This document shows positions 43,693-43,837 of a stretch of 43,837 nucleotides of DNA, piece by piece. The translations under genes and the position numbers were made by a program. Position 1 is the first letter of the stretch; the number at the start of each line of letters is the position of its first letter. Under the pieces are notes generated by a model. The model saw only the letters and a program-made list of their open reading frames with translations, was not told the origin of the DNA and made no database searches. Origin of the DNA: Minisyncoccia bacterium (GTDB lineage Bacteria; Patescibacteriota; Minisyncoccia; Phycocordibacterales; UBA9973); the NCBI GenBank assembly GCA_038322745.1, contig JBBQGF010000002.1, positions 1-43,837 on the forward strand. Reading direction: 5' to 3'.

Positions 43693-43837
43693 ATGAAAAA
43701 AAATACAAAAAAAATTATAACATCCTCAATACTCTCTCTACTGTTTATGCAAATGGTATATACTATTGCAGAGCCTATGGTTGTTACTGCAGCTACTGCT
43801 AGTGATGGTATGCTCGTCACACTCAATGTGACTTCAG
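43693..43837 (+). CDS. paralogous secreted surface protein, 5' part (runs off the window)
   Basis: MKKNTKKIITSSILSLLFMQMVYTIAEPMVVTAATASDGMLVTLNVTS aligns with the N-terminus of the product of 43032-43673 (QMVY..EP...AA...TLNV). Confidence 0.5.
   Translation, partial: MKKNTKKIITSSILSLLFMQMVYTIAEPMVVTAATASDGMLVTLNVTS

Noticed and set aside
1-43837. Alternative genetic code (UGA recoded, as in some CPR lineages).
   Set aside because: Long conserved genes (fusA, nrdJ, pilB, recJ) read through with no in-frame TGA. TGA terminates cutA (22206-22208) and the PilX-like gene (29189-29191) at sensible lengths. The standard bacterial code fits.

Overview
The window is AT-rich and very gene-dense, with about 45 CDS, all but three on the + strand. 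It uses the standard genetic code: TGA is a stop at 22206-22208 and 29189-29191. I found no rRNA, tRNA or CRISPR array.

The gene content fits a reduced-genome, Patescibacteria/CPR-like bacterium; this is an inference from content only. In order, the window contains:
- an ECF sigma module
- an ArsR / glutaredoxin / rhodanese / DUF2892 thiol cluster
- a GDP-mannose plus GH130 (three glycosidase/phosphorylase modules) cluster, followed by an MsbA-like ABC exporter
- a membrane metallophosphoesterase and an MFS transporter
- the B12-dependent class II ribonucleotide reductase nrdJ
- a small membrane protein, a cobalamin-type riboswitch with terminator, and two secreted proteins built from transcobalamin-like parts (DUF4430 and an alpha/alpha-toroid)
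- a Trx/DsbB-like disulfide pair and cutA
- a type IV pilus-like operon (pilB, pilC and three pilin-like proteins, two of them very large)
- tpiA, pgk, recJ and rnhA
- a ComEC split into two genes by an antisense Fe/Mn-SOD
- rpmB and an M50 protease
- a str operon (rpsL-rpsG ... fusA) interrupted by an IS200-like Y1 (HUH) transposase element and a class-A beta-lactamase-like gene
- tandem paralogous Ala/Thr-rich secreted proteins running off the 3' edge

The most interesting candidate system is the nrdJ-linked cobalamin capture locus (14607-20601), which the riboswitch appears to partition. It also carries two copies of an unclassified three-way-junction structured element.

Other sequence-level oddities:
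- a promoter/leader cassette shared by rpsL and fusA
- hairpins with the same strand polarity flanking the transposase
- an (ATTCA)5 microsatellite between the RBS and start codon of the beta-lactamase-like gene
- a fused double GH130
- Lys-rich N-terminal tails

All family assignments come from motifs read by eye. No database search was run.
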